A stretch of DNA of 64,000 nt. Source: the human T2T-CHM13v2.0 reference genome, Homo sapiens. A model generated the notes under the pieces. It made no database searches, was not told the DNA's origin, and worked only from the letters and a program-made list of their open reading frames with translations. Of this stretch, positions 15,715 through 29,479 are shown one piece after another. How positions within the stretch are numbered: the first letter of the stretch is position 1; the number at the start of each line of letters is the position of its first letter. The stretch lies in the NCBI RefSeq assembly GCF_009914755.1, contig NC_060936.1; one strand, given 5' to 3'. The translations under genes were made by a program, and so were the position numbers.

Positions 15715-16892
15715 TATTTATAATCTTTTATCCTTCACCACCTTCCCACCCTTTCCTCCTGAGTCCCTGAAGTCCATTGTGTCATTCTTACGCCTTTGCA
15801 TCCTCATAGCTTAGCTCCCACTTATGAGTGAGACATATGATGTTTGGTTTTCCATTCCTGAGTTACTTCACTTAGAATAATAGTCTCCAGTCTCATCTAG
15901 GTTGTGGCAAATGCCATTAATTCTTTCCTTTTTATGGCTGAGTAGTATTCCATTGTGTGTGTGTATGTATATATATATACCACAGTTTCTTTATCCACTC
16001 GTTGATTGATAGGCATTTGGGTTGGTTCCATGTTTTTGCAATTGCAAATTGTGCTGCTGTAAACATGCATGTGCAAGTATCTTTTCCATATAATGATTTC
16101 TTTTCCTCTGGGTAGATACCCACTAGTGGGATTGCTGGATCAAATGGTAGATGTACTTTTAGTTCTTTAAGGAATCTCCACACTGTTTTCCATAGTAGTT
16201 GTACTAGTTTACATTGTCACCAGCAGTGTAGAAGTGTTCCCCATTCATCACATCCATGCCAACATCTACTATTTTGATTTTTTGACTATGGCCATTCTTG
16301 CAAGAGTAAGGTGGTATCTCATTGTGGCTTTGATTTGCATTTCCCTGAACATTAGTGATGTTGAGCATTTTTTCTTATGTTTGTTGGCCATTTGTGTATC
16401 TTCTTTTGAGAATTGTCTATTCATGTCCTTAGCCCACTTTTTGATGGGATTTTTTTTTCTTACTCACTTGTTTGAGTTCATTGTAGAGTCTGGATATTGG
16501 TCCTCTGTCAGATGTATAGATTGTGAAGATTTTCTTCCACTCTGTGTGTTGTCTGTTTACTCTGCTGTTACATTTGCTGTGCAAAAGCTCTTTAGTTTAA
16601 TTAAGTTCCAGCTATTTATCTTTGTTTTTATTGTGTTTGCTTTTGGGCTCTTGATCATGAAATCCTTGCCTCAACCAATGTCTAGAAGGGTTTTCCTGGT
16701 GTTCTCGTCTAGAATTTTTATACTTTCAGGTCTTAGGTTGAAGTCCTTATCCATGTTGAGTTGATTTTTGTGTCAGGTGAGAGTTGAGGATCCAGTTTTA
16801 TTCTCTTACGTGTGGCTAGCCAATTATCCCAGCACCATTTGTTGAACAGGGTGTTCTTTCCCCACTTTGTTTTTGTTTGCTTTGTCTGTTTC

Positions 16893-17149
16893 ATTGACAC
16901 AAGATAGAGAAAGAGGGAACCCTCCCTAATTCATTCTATAAAACCAGCATCACCCTAATACCAAAACCAGGAAAGGACATAACCGAAAAAGGAAACTACA
17001 GACTGATATCCCTGAGGAACATAGATGCTAAAATCCTTAACAAAATACTAGCTAACTGAATCTAACAACATATCGAAAAGATAATTCACTACGATCAAGT
17101 GGGTTTCATTTCAGGGATGCAGGGATGGTTTAACATATGCAAGTCAATA
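16893..17149 (+). repeat. Inverted 257-bp copy of L1 segment 18143-18399
   Basis: Reverse complement aligns without gaps, ~21 mismatches by hand count. Confidence 0.9.
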
Positions 17150-17565
17150 ACTTTATTGAGTTATTCTGTTTCATTGATCTATGTGCCTATTTTTATACCA
17201 GTACCACACTATTTTGGTGACTATGGCCTTATAGTGTAGTTTGAAATCAGGTAATGTGATGCCTCCAGATTTGTTCTTTTTGCTTTGTCTTGCTTTGGCT
17301 ATGTGGGCTCCTTTTTGGTTCCCTGTGAATTTTAGATTTGTTTTTTCTAATTCTGTGAAGAATGATGTTGGTATTTTGATGGGGTTGCATTGAATTTGTA
17401 GATTGCTTTTGTCAGTATGGTCATTTTCACAATATTGATTCTACCCATCCATGAGCATGAGACGTATTTCCATTTGTTTGTGTCATCTATGATTTCTTTC
17501 AGCAGTGTTTGTAGTTTTCTTTGTAGAGGTCCTTCACCTCCTTGGTTAGGTATATTCCTAAGTAT

Positions 17566-17566
17566 T

Positions 17567-17597
<31 letters not shown>

Positions 17598-17600
17598 TTT
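17566..17600. repeat. (TTTA)n microsatellite within the L1
   Basis: Seen directly. Confidence 0.9.
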
Positions 17601-20600
17601 TGTAAAAGAGGTTGAGTTCTTGATTTGATTCTCAGCTTGGTCACTGTTGGTGTAAAGAAGAGCTACTGATTTGTGTACATTAATTTTGTATCCAGAAACT
17701 TTGCTGAATTATTTTATCAGTTTTAGGAGCTTTCCAGAGGAGTCTTTATGGTTTTCTAGGTATGCTGTCATATCATCAGCAAACAGTGACAGTTTGACTT
17801 CCTCTTTACCGATTTGGATGCCCTTTTATTTCCTTCTCTTGTCTGATTGCTCTGGCTAGGACTTCCAGTACTGCGTTAAAGAAGAGCAGTGAGAGTTGGT
17901 GTCCTTGTCTTGTTCCAGTTCTCTAGAGGGAATGCTTTCAACTTTTCCCCATTCAATATTATGTTGCCTGTAGGTTCGTCAGAGACGGCTTTTACTACAT
18001 TGAGGTATGTCCTTTGTATGCCGATTTTGCTTAGGGTTTTAATCATAAAGCGATGCTGGATTTTGTTGAATGCTTTTTCGGCATCTATTAAGATGATCAT
18101 GTGATTTTTGTTTTTAATTCTGTTTATGTGGTGTGTCACATGTATTGACTTGCATATGTTAAACCATCCCTGCATCCGTGAAATGAAACCGACTTGATCA
18201 TAGTGAATTATCTTTTTGGTATGTTGTTGGATTCGGTTAGCTAGTATTTTGTTAAGGATTTTAGCATCTGTGTTCATCAGGGATATCAGTCTGTAGTTTT
18301 CTTTTTTGGTTATATCCTTTCGTGGTTTTGGTATTAGAGTGATACTGGCTTCATAGAATGAATTAAGGAGGCTTCGCTCTTTCTCTATCTAGTGTCAATA
18401 GGATTGGTACCAAACCTTTCAACGTCTGGTAGAATTCTGATGTGAATTCATCTGGACCTGGACTTTTTTTGTCAGTAATTAATTATAATTTCAATCTCAC
18501 TGCTTGTTATTGATCTGTTCAGGGTGTCTAATTCTTCCTGATTTAAGCTAGGAGAGCTGTATTTTTCCAGGAATTTATCCATCTCTTCTAGGTTTTCTAG
18601 TTTATGTACATAAACGTGTTCATAGTGGCGCTGAATGATCTTTTGTATTTCTGTAGTGTCAGTTGTAATATCTTCTATTTCATTTCTTATTGAGCCTATT
18701 TGGATTTTCTTTTTTCTTGGTTAATCTTGCTAATGGTCTATCGATTTTATATATCTTTTCAAAGAACCAGTGTTCTGTTTCATTTATCTTTTGGATTTTT
18801 TTGTTTCAATTTCATTTAGTTCTGCTCTGATCTTGGTTGTTTCTTCTACTGGGTTTCGGTTTGGTTTGTCCTTGTTTCTCTAGTTCCTTGAGGTGTGACC
18901 TTAGATTGTCTGCCTGTGCTCTTTCAGAGCTATTGATATAGATGTTTAGGGCTATGAACTTTCCTCTTAGCAGCACCTTTGCTGTATCCCAGAGATTTTG
19001 ATAGGTTGTGTCACTATTGTCATTCAGTTCGAAGAATTTTTAAATTTTTATCTTTATTTCATTTTTAACTCAATCATCATTCAGGATCAGGTTATTTAAT
19101 TTCCGTGTATTTGCATGGTTCTGAAGGTTCCTTTTGGAGTTGATTTCCAGTTCTATTCCACTGTGGTGTGAGAGAGTGCATGATATAATTTCACTTTTCT
19201 TAAATTTATTCAGGCTCGTTTTGTGGGCTATCATATGGTCTGTCTTGGAGAAAGTTCCATCTGCTGTTGAATACAATGTATTCTGTGGTTGTTGGATGGA
19301 ATGTTCTGTATATATCTGTTAAGTCCATTTCTTCCAGGGTATAGTTTAAATCCATTGTTTCTTCATTGACTTTCTGTCTTGATGACCTGTCTGGTGCTGT
19401 CAGTAGAGTATAGAAGTCCCCCACTATTACTGTGTTACTGTCTCTCTCATTTCTCAGGTCTAGTAGTCATTTTATAAATGTGGGAGCTCCAGTGTAAGTG
19501 CATATATGTTTAGGATTGTGATATTTTTCTGTTGGACAAGGCTTTTTATCATTATGTAATGTCCCTCTTTGTATTATTTAACTACTGTTCTTTAAAGTTT
19601 GTTTTGTCTGATTTAAGAATAGCCCCTCCTGCTCACTTTTGGTGTCCATTTGCGTCAAATGTCTTTTTCTACCCTTTTACCTATGTGAGTCCTGATGTGT
19701 TACATGAGTCTCTTGAAGACAGCAGATAGTTGGCTGGTGAATTCTTAAACATTCTGCAATTCTGTATCTTTTAAGTGGAGCATTTAGGCCACTTACATTC
19801 AACGTTAGTATTGAGACATGAGGTACCATTTCATTCATCGTGCTATTTGTTGCCTGCGTACTTTGTTTTTGTTTTTTGTTTTTGCTGTTTAACTTGTATT
19901 TTTGTTTTATAGGTTCTGTGAGATTTATGCTTTAAAGAGGTTCTGTTTTGGTGTGTTTTCAGCATTCGTTTCAAGATTTAGATCTCCGTTTAGCAGTTCT
20001 TGTACTGGTGGCTTGGTAGTGGTGAATTCTCTCAGCATTTGTTTGTCTGAAAAAGACTGTATCTTTCCTTCATAGACGAATCTTAGTTTTGCTAGATACA
20101 AAATTCTTAGCTGAGAATTGTTTTGTTTGAGGAGGCTAAAGCTAGGGCCCCAAGCCCTTCTAGCTTGTAGAATTTCTGCTGGGAAATCTGCTGTTACTCT
20201 GATAGGTTTTCCTTTATAGGTTACCTGGTACATTTGTCTCACAACTCTTAAGATTCTTTCCTTCCTTTACCTTTGGATAACCTGGTGACAGTGTGCCTAG
20301 GTGATGATCTGTTTGCAATGTATTTCCCAGGTGTTCTTTGTGCTTCTTGTATTTGGTTGTCTAGGGTCTCTAGCAAGGCCAGGGAAGTTTTCCTCGATTA
20401 TTCCCCCAAATATGTTTTCCCAACTTTTAGATTTATCTTCTTCCTCAAAAACACTGATTATTCTTAGGTTTGGCTGTTTACCATAATCCCAGACTTCTTG
20501 GAGGCTTTGTTCATATTTTCTTACTCTTTTTTCTTTGTCTTTGTTGGATTAGGTTAATTTGAAGACCTTGTCTTCGAGCTCTGAATTTCTTTCTTCTACT

Positions 20601-21686
20601 TGTTCAGTTCTATTGCTGAGACTTTCCAGAGCATTTTGCATTTCTATAAGTATGTCCATTGTTTCCTGAAGTTTTTATTGTTCTTTACTTATGCTATTTC
20701 AGTGAATATTTCTCCCTTCACTTCTTGTATCATTTTTGTTAATTTCCTTACTTTGGGCTTCGTTTTTTCTGGTGCCTCCCTGATTAGCTTAATAACTAAC
20801 CTCCTGAATTCTTTTGCAGGTAAATCAGGGATTTCGTCTTGGTTTGGATCCATTGCTGGTGAACTAGTGTGATTTTTTGGGGTGTGTTAAAGAACCTTGT
20901 TTTGTCATATTACCAGAATTGGTTTTCTGGTTCCTTCTCATTTGAGTAGGCTCTATTAGGGGGAAGGTCTAGGGCTTAAGGCTGTTGTTCAGATTATTTT
21001 GTCCCATGGTGTGTTCCCTTGATGTAATACTCTCCCCCTTTTCCTATGGATGTGGCTTCCTGTGAGCCAAGCTGTAGTGATTGTTACCTCTTTTCTGGAT
21101 CTAGCCACCCAGCAAGTCTACCAGGCTCTGTGCTGGTACTGAGGGCTGTTTGCATGGTATCCTATAATGTGCACCATCCGTGGGTATCTCAGCTGTGGAA
21201 ACCAGCACCTGTTCTGGTGGAGGTGGCAGGGGGGTGAAATGGACTCTTTGAGGGTTCTTAGCTTTGGTGGTTTAATGCACTCTTTTTGTGCTGGTTGGCC
21301 TCCTGCTGGGATGTGGCGCTTCCCAGAGAGCATAAGCTGTGGTAGTATGGGGAGGAACAGGCGGTGTGTGGGGCCCTAGAACTCTTAAGAGTATATACCC
21401 TTTGTCTTCAGTTACCAGGGTGGGTAGGGAAGGACCATTGGTTGGGGGCAGGGCTAGGCGTGTCTGAGCTCACTCTCCTTGGGCAGGTATTGCTGCGACT
21501 GCTGTTGGAGATAGGGATGAGGTTCCCAGGTCAATGGAGTTATGTTCTTAGGAGGATTATGATTGTCCCTGCTGTGTCATGCAGGTTGTCAGGGAAGTGG
21601 GGGAAAGCTGGCAGTCCCAGGCCTCACCCAGCTCCCACACGATCTGAAGGGCCGGTCTGACTCCCACCATGCCCCCACCAACAGCA

Positions 21687-21938
21687 CCGAGTCTGTTTCC
21701 AGGCAGTGGGCCAGCAGGCCTGAGAACTTACCCCATGCTACCCGCTTCCCAGCTGTGAAAGCAAGTGTCACTGAGTCTGTTTCCAGGCAGTGGCCAAGCA
21801 GGGCTGAGAACTTACCCCATGCTACCCGCTTCCCAGCTATGAAAGCAAGTTTCGCCGAGTCTGTTTCCAGGCAGTGGGCAGGCAGGGCTGAGAACTTACC
21901 CCATGCTACCCACCTCCCAGCTATGAAAGCAAGTGTCG
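21687..21938. repeat. 3 x 84-bp tandem repeat in the L1PB 5'UTR
   Basis: Units start at 21687, 21771 and 21855 (c(c/t)gagtctgtttccaggcagtgg...gaaagcaagt). Confidence 0.95.
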
Positions 21939-23999
21939 CTTTCCTTCTTCCCCCGCCTGTGGAGTCTGCACACTAGATTCATGTCCTCCCCCAAGTTCTG
22001 GCCAGGAGACTTCCTGATCAGTTCACATTGTTACAAACTTCAGCTGGAGATTTCCTTCTCCCTGGGGCCTTTTCCCAGTGCCTCTGGCCACCCTCCTGAA
22101 GGACCCCTGTGAGGCCAGGCAGAGATGGCTTGCTACGGAACCCAGCAAGTGTACAGAGCTTTTTTCCGCTGCTTCCTCTAGCCCTGTATTTCACTCAGCT
22201 GTCTAAATTGACTCAGCTCCAGGCAAAGTCACAATCTTCTCCCGTAATCAAGATTTTCATTTTCGCCAGTGGGGGTGTGTGTTCGGGGGCGGATGACCTC
22301 CTTTTCCCACTTCCACAGTTTGGGCACTCACAGTATTTGGGGTGTCTCCCGTGTCCTGCGGGAGCATTCCCCTTCCTTCAGAGGGTATGTGGGTCCTCTC
22401 AGATTTCCTGATTTATTCCTGCAGTTGTTCTGGAGCAAAAATTCAGCATGGATCCTCCACAGGCTGCTCTGTCTGTCCAATCAGAGCTGCAATCTAGTCC
22501 TGCCTCCCGTCTGCCATGATCTCTCACAGTTCTCTAGGTTTTGCATTTGAGTCATGTGAAAGATGTTCCTGTGACATTAAAGACATCAAGAAACCCAGCT
22601 TTGAAAATAGGATCGTCTTTACTGAAGAATAATTTCCGGGGTAATATTCTTAAGTTAGTAGATGCACTTTAAAGTCTGTTAGAAATAACTACCACCTTTG
22701 AAATTGCTCTGTTACAATCACTGTTTGCTCTTCCCCCAAACCAAAACTGTTGGCATTTTGATAGCCATAGAAATGTATAACACCCAACACTGTGACAATC
22801 ACACCCATCATAAAAGTTAAATGAACATTCTTGTAACACCCACTGGGACGAGGCAGACGTAGGAGGGAAGGATTGAGCACACAGGATAAAATGTGTCTCT
22901 GACAAATTGAAAGTACTCCCTTTATACAGCATTGTTGTCTTAGTTGTCATCTGTTTCTGTTTTGTTTTATTCAAAGCCATTTCAAAAGCACAAATACTGT
23001 GTTGAAACTGAGATTCAAAGTGAATCATTTCCATGATCTGTCAGAATTTGCCTTGCCATTGCTAGATTTTCTGTGTTTTCCCTTGCTATGTCTCCAATTT
23101 TGTAAATCTTTTTTGATTTATTCAAAATATGACTGTAGTCAAAATAAGACTACAAAGAACTATCATTTCTGAATTGGGAGTGTTGCATTGCTTATGGGGT
23201 TTTGTTTTATGATAGCCTTTTGTGAAGATCATTTGTTTAATTGTATTAATCTTGCATTTTAAGTAAGGACTTATTTTTTTCATTTTGGTTGGTGCCAGAA
23301 GGGTTAACATCATGATTATCACTGCTGACAACTTAATCCCCAAATTAATTGAAATTCTGACTCCCCTCTATTGGGGCGACTCTTCACTCCTGGCTCTGCT
23401 CTCAGCAGTCTGCTAAAAATGTTTTTTAAAGTACCAAATTGATTTTGATGCTACCCACCAATTTCAAAAGTTCATGTCATATTCTCATTCTGGGAGTCTA
23501 AGAGACCTGAAGCAACCTAACAATTCTTGTTGTCTAATATTCTTATACCCGTAAGGAAATAATATCCCCTCTCCCCCACAGCTCAGTCTTAGTATCTCCT
23601 TTGTAGACACACCTGATTCTTCCTTTGGAGTAGTAGAATTTGTCTTCATGCACTGGACTGTAAACTCCTTAAGGGCAGTGAATCCATCCTCTGTGCAGTC
23701 CTCTTCTATACTGCTTACATTGATGCATGGATAACAGTTTCACCTCCCTCTTTCGGTCTGAAGGGCATAAATGAGACAATGAAGTTACACCTAATAGGTT
23801 ATAGTAAATGCCAAGTATGTACTTAAAATTACTTCAAGCTACATACAGACTAAAAATATATATTGCTTTTGTTCACTGCGTATCCATTGTCTGGCCGAGC
23901 ACATATAATAAGTGGTCAATAAATATGTGTTAAATTACATTGAGATTGGTATAGAATTTACCTCTCCTACATCAGGTTTTTCTGCTAGCACATACAAAT

Positions 24000-24640
24000 T
24001 TGTCTTCTTTCAGCAAACATTCATTGAGAGTTTATTTTATATGGCAAAGCTTAGCACCAGTACTATAAAGACAATTAGGATAAATTCACTGGCTTTTTCA
24101 TCTTCCAGCAAAGAAGATAGACACTTATAACAAGTAGCTGTAATTCACTCTGGTAAGTGTAGCAATTAATGCATGTAGACAGCACTATGGGAACATAAAG
24201 AAGTAAGCTATGAATAAGAAATTGTTGAAATCTTTTTTTTTTTTTTTAATGAGCGAAGTTTGTCAGAGAGGGTGGAAGAAGGACTTTGTCAATGGAGCAG
24301 TCTACGATAAGGAATGAATGCTCAAAAGAGCCCATGACAGAAATAGAAGTTTCAGGTGGCTCAGACACAATGTACATTGAGAGAATGTTTTGGATGTCAG
24401 GTAAAAATGGGGCTTCTTAGTACTGGCTGAAGAATTTGGATCCTTTTCTATAGTCATAAATCAAAACCTCTGAAACATGATTTGCGTTTTAGAAAGACAA
24501 ATATTAGGTGGGAGATAGATTGGAATAAAAAGAAACTGAAGATAGGGAGAATAACAGGAGGCTGATGGAGGTTAAGGAGTGGGATGAGATGCTAAATTTA
24601 CATGATGCCAGTAGAAATGAAGAGTAGTAAAGAGAGGTAA
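24000..24640 (-). mobile_element. Degenerate LINE-2 3' fragment
   Basis: ttcagcaaacattcattgag start and purine-rich L2-like body. Approximate. Confidence 0.55.
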
Positions 24641-25213
24641 AATATGAAACATATTGTTCATCTTAAATTTTTTTGTTGTCCCTGGAAAAGGAACTAAGAA
24701 GAAAACAAGGATTCTGGATACAGAAAGGCTATAAAGGTTATTCTGCATGCTGGCTAGCTAGGAGCTGCTGTCCTCCCGTATTCATTCATCCAGGATTTAC
24801 CATGGTTAATGTTGAGACATCCATGGAGATCCCACTGCCTCTCCCAGAGGTCTACTGTCTGGCTGCCCAGATTTCTATCATTACCTTGAGTGAACTTATA
24901 TCAAAGATTCTCTGTTTTGTTTATAACAGATTTTTCATTTTAGAAGTAGTGGCTATCTGGTTCCCAATGGAAGCAACAAGGTAGGCAGTCGTATTTAGGA
25001 CCAATTTTGAGGTAGTTGGGGCTCTGTGTTCCTACCTTTCAAATATGACCATGTAGGTGATATTTTGTATGATGTTATGTTATTATCTTATTTTGTACAA
25101 ATGTTAAGAACAGGTGGGTCACCAAAGAGGAAATATAAAGAGCTTATAACCTTATGAAAATGTTTTTAACCTCTCTAGTAATCAGTGAAAAGAAATTAAG
25201 TGCATAGAAAGAT

Positions 25214-25435
25214 ACAGATTGAGTATTCCTTGTCCAAAATGTTTGGGACCAGAAATCCCAATCTCAGATTTTAGCTTTTTCACATTTTGGAATATCTGCA
25301 TTATACTTTTACCAGTTGAGAATAGAAAATCTGAAATTTGAAATGCATTTTCTTTGAGCATTATGTCTGCATTCAAACAGTTTTAGATTTTGAAGGATTT
25401 CAGATTGCAGATTTTCAGATTTGGGATAGCCAGTT
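25214..25435. mobile_element. Tigger4a/MER46-like MITE within an old L1ME fragment (~25090-26100)
   Basis: cagattgagtattccttgtccaaaatgtttgggaccagaa...atttgggatag. Flanks contain L1 3'-like sequence (acaataccaagtgtt, gcaatttggtaata). Confidence 0.7.
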
Positions 25436-28269
25436 CACACTATTTTTGCAACTTTCAATTCAAGAAAACTTTAAAAATTAGACAATACCAAGTGTTATTA
25501 AGGATATAGAATAAAGGGACTCCTGTTATATTAATGCATTTTGATACAACTGCTTTGAAAAGCAATTTGGTAATAGCTAGCAAAGTCAAAGATCCCCTGT
25601 GACCCCACAATTCTGTTCCTAGAAACTCTTCCCTAAGTATATGTAGACATATGCACAAGAATTGATGGCAGCCCTCTTTTAAAGAGTCTGCATTCCATCA
25701 TTAAGAGAAGGTATTCAGTGTAATTAATGTGAAGGAACAAATCTTACATATATCAAGATGTCTAAGTCTGAAAAATAAAATGTTGAACAAAATTTCAAGT
25801 TTCAAATGAGTGTTTGGCAAGATGGCATTCCAGGATGGATGATGCCTAATATATAAAATTAAAATTTATAAATAATATTTACATTTGCTATGGGTACACA
25901 AATAGTAAAAGTGTGAAATGTGTACTGGACTGTTAAGCACCAATTTCAGGATTGTAGTTTTCTCCTGGGGATGGTCAGGAATAGGATAGGGAGAGAGATT
26001 TAGGGACTTCAGTTGTATTTATAAAGTTATATTTGTTAGGCAAGTATACAATGTTTGTTGTATTCTGTGAAATTTTTTATGCCTAAAATATAATAAAAAA
26101 CCTGCATATGGCTTTAGTCATACGTTTCTTTATTCATTTTGTCAATCAGCCATCAATCTGTACTGCTACCTATTTGTATATTCTTTTATTTCTGTCAGAA
26201 TTATTTAAGTAATCCAGAAAAAGATGATAAGGGCCTGAACCAAGTTGGACAAAAGGGGTAGGATAAAATTCGAAGACAGATTGAAGAGCGATTTGGTTGT
26301 AAAGTTATCAAGACTTAACAATTGGATGTGAGTACGTATATGGGTGGGGGGGCAAGGAATCCAAGATAATTTATATAGTTTCTACCTTGCATCAAACCAT
26401 TAAGCATGCCCATGAAACAAAGGAGGAGAGTGATGTTGAAAGTGAAAGGAATGAGGTATTTAACATTCTTTTTTTTTTCCTGAAGCTTAACAGGTTATCT
26501 TAAAAACTTTAGTAATTATTTATTAAATATCTGCCATGTATAAGGCACAAATAAATACAAAGAGATCCATTAAATGTATGCATAAATGCCTTTTCATTAA
26601 TATGTTTCTTAAAATGTTTATACTATTCATTTTTAAGCATCATGGTACAGTTGCTGCTTCAGTAAGTTCAATTGGGCAAGCAATTTCAACTGAATACAGT
26701 TGAATGCCAGTATGCAGCCTTCCTTAAGTTATTTGATAGCTACTTTAAAAAGAGTGAGAATCCATCAAAAAGTTCAGACTGCAAACTCATTTAAGTTTGC
26801 AAATTATATTCATAAGGACAGTTGAAGGTAGTTATCTTGAAAATATCCCAAAGATGTGTTGTGTATTAATTGAGTAATAACTAGGTAAGGCTAACTTCAG
26901 TCACTCTTTTTAAAAGTTATTTAGTTTACTCAACAGTAAATATGCAAGTCAGGATAATTTTAGCAACATGAATAAATCCTTTGAATGGAAATAAATTTAT
27001 TTAAACAATTAGAAATATTGGTCTATTATCTCTGTCTTCATCTTTCTCATAACTCCTCTTGCCTGTTGATTATCCTTCATAAAACGGAAATGGCCACAGA
27101 GACCAATGGGATACAAGAGAGCCCAACTACTGCAGGGGTATCCAACTCCTGACTAAATAGAATATCTCAACCAAACGCTTTTCTCTTTTGTTTTCTTCTG
27201 GGACCCACTCAGTTCGTCTTTTCGGAGTTCTACATTACTCCTGATCCCAATAGAAACATGGATTCCCAACCCTAAATCCCCACATAGTCTTACTATTCCT
27301 TTTCTGTTATTTTCTTTCCAATCCTACATGATAAGCTTAGGCCAGAACAATGATTTTGTGTTCCAATCCTGTGTGTTCACAATACCCTGTGAGCTCAGCT
27401 GCATTCCTTGAGAGTCTCAAGGGCCTTAAACTAGAATCAGACCTCCATCATCTTGCCTTTGCTCTCCCCACCACAATATACATCCATTATTTTAAATTTT
27501 GCATATTTCCTCCACAGTTGAAGAAATAAGCCAAAGACCACAGTAAAATAACAAGGCAGAAATCCCTAGCGACTTAAAAAATATATATCAAAAATATATC
27601 ATTTTCTGTTTCAGTATGGCTGCCAGTCAGTCCCTTTGATATAAAGCATCTGTCCTCTTCAAGGAAACAAGGAATGTCTGGTTCTCCTTTCTAGCCTGTG
27701 AAGTAGGAGATGGTGTCATTTGTTGTACAGAAGCAGGAGCCCCATGTTACTGGGCTGCAAGCTACTGACTGCTTTGGTTAACATACTGAAAATTTCATCA
27801 GTTGTCTTTAATAAAAGACCATGTGTATAGGGAAAGATCTGAGCAGTTGTCATTGAGTTTCTCTTCCCCAGCCCATGAGCTACAGCTGGCAGAGAGCAAG
27901 GACACCAGTATGTAATCCAACAGCCAGTTACCTGAAATTTTTGCATTTCAGTATTAGAGTTAGGTAGACTTTGAGTCTGTTTAGAAAACTTTATGTGTTC
28001 TTGTTTGGTTATCAAAAGGCTTTTCATACCTTATCCTTCTGTCTAATAACATTTAGTCATTTATGGCTTCTGCTTAAAAAAAAAAAGATTATTTGAACAT
28101 TTCCTAACTTAAATAATTGAATGACCAAGAGAAGAATTCTATTTTGGGGGAGGATAGGTGTTCTATCCTCCGATATACTTTGTTCTATACATTATAAGCT
28201 CTTACAGGAAATATCAATTCACAGAAGCTGTGAAATGATATAATCTATGATCTAGAAATTACCTTTAGA

Positions 28270-28430
28270 ACAGTGCTTCTCAAATTTTAATGAGCTTACA
28301 AGGCACCTGGGTTTCTTGTTAAAATTTAAATTCTGATTCAGTAGGCAGGGCCTGAAATTCTGCATTTCTGTCAAGCTGCCAGGGGATGCTGATGCAACTC
28401 CCTGGACTATAGTCTGTGTGCTCAGCTAGA
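28270..28430. mobile_element. MER5-like hAT MITE
   Basis: cagtgcttctcaaa...ttctgattcagtagg...ttctgcatttct...gatgctgatgc. Confidence 0.75.
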
Positions 28431-29479
28431 AGAACTGAAGGAATTCAGTCCAGTGGGCATCCATTAAACTTCCCTAGCACAGATGTAGAGGGGAGACATG
28501 ACAGGCTTAAAAGATAAAGCCCCTGTCTTTGAAGAGAGAAAACAACCATGTTGTAAAAAGTAGAGTCTATACCCAGTCTTATTCATCAATTTTTAATAAA
28601 CACATGAAATTTTTTATGTCAGAATAAACGTTGACTTTCAAAGCAGTTATCTAGGGCGATGATACTTATTACATATGTCACATTTTAGCATATCTGTATA
28701 AATTTCATGTTTCCTTCACTCAAGAAGTTATTGTGATGTTTTAAGCATTACATAATGCACATTTGTAGGTTTTTGAAATAAAAAATTTTATTTTACTAAA
28801 ATAGCCATTTATATTTACACCAAAATGTTATAACTGAACCTGAAATGTATAGCTGCTTAAATATGTTGAATAATATTCTTAAATATTCACATTTTTAGTT
28901 TCCATATTTTTTAGCCATTAGGGGAAGCAATTAATGAGTATATGTGGGCTTTGCTGGGAGCGGTTATCCCATGGTAACTATGATTATTTTTGTTTAATGA
29001 GTAACACACTGGTGTGGATAATGCAAAATTAAAGTGATTACAAAAACCCCATTACAATTAGCATTTAGAACTCATTCATCAGAACAGATTTAACTTCCTG
29101 GATGAGTTTTCTTAGACTAATATTAAAATACAAAATTTGTTTCATCATTTGATGGCAGGTAGGTAACTCCATAAGTGTTTGAAGGACAAAGAAGCCTCAG
29201 GCTGCAATTTAGTAATAATAGTGAGGTCTATTTATGTGGCATGATCGACTTTACCATCCATTTTCACATCTACCTCTTACAGGTTTAACCTTAAAAAGGC
29301 TAGAAAGCTAGTAAACATGAAGCCAGTTCAGAAATCCTCAGTTTGTAGATTCAGTGGTTGTTCAGGCACACTAACAAGGAGGTTCTACTTTGTGTTTTTG
29401 AAATGATAAGGAAAAGGAAAGGAAAATGACAATAATGTGGGTATTCTCATATGATATTTACAGCAACAAAATGCTGGCA

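Noticed and set aside
16234-16764. 176-aa hydrophobic ORF resembling a membrane protein
   Set aside because: It is the antisense frame of A-rich L1 ORF2, a common artefact.
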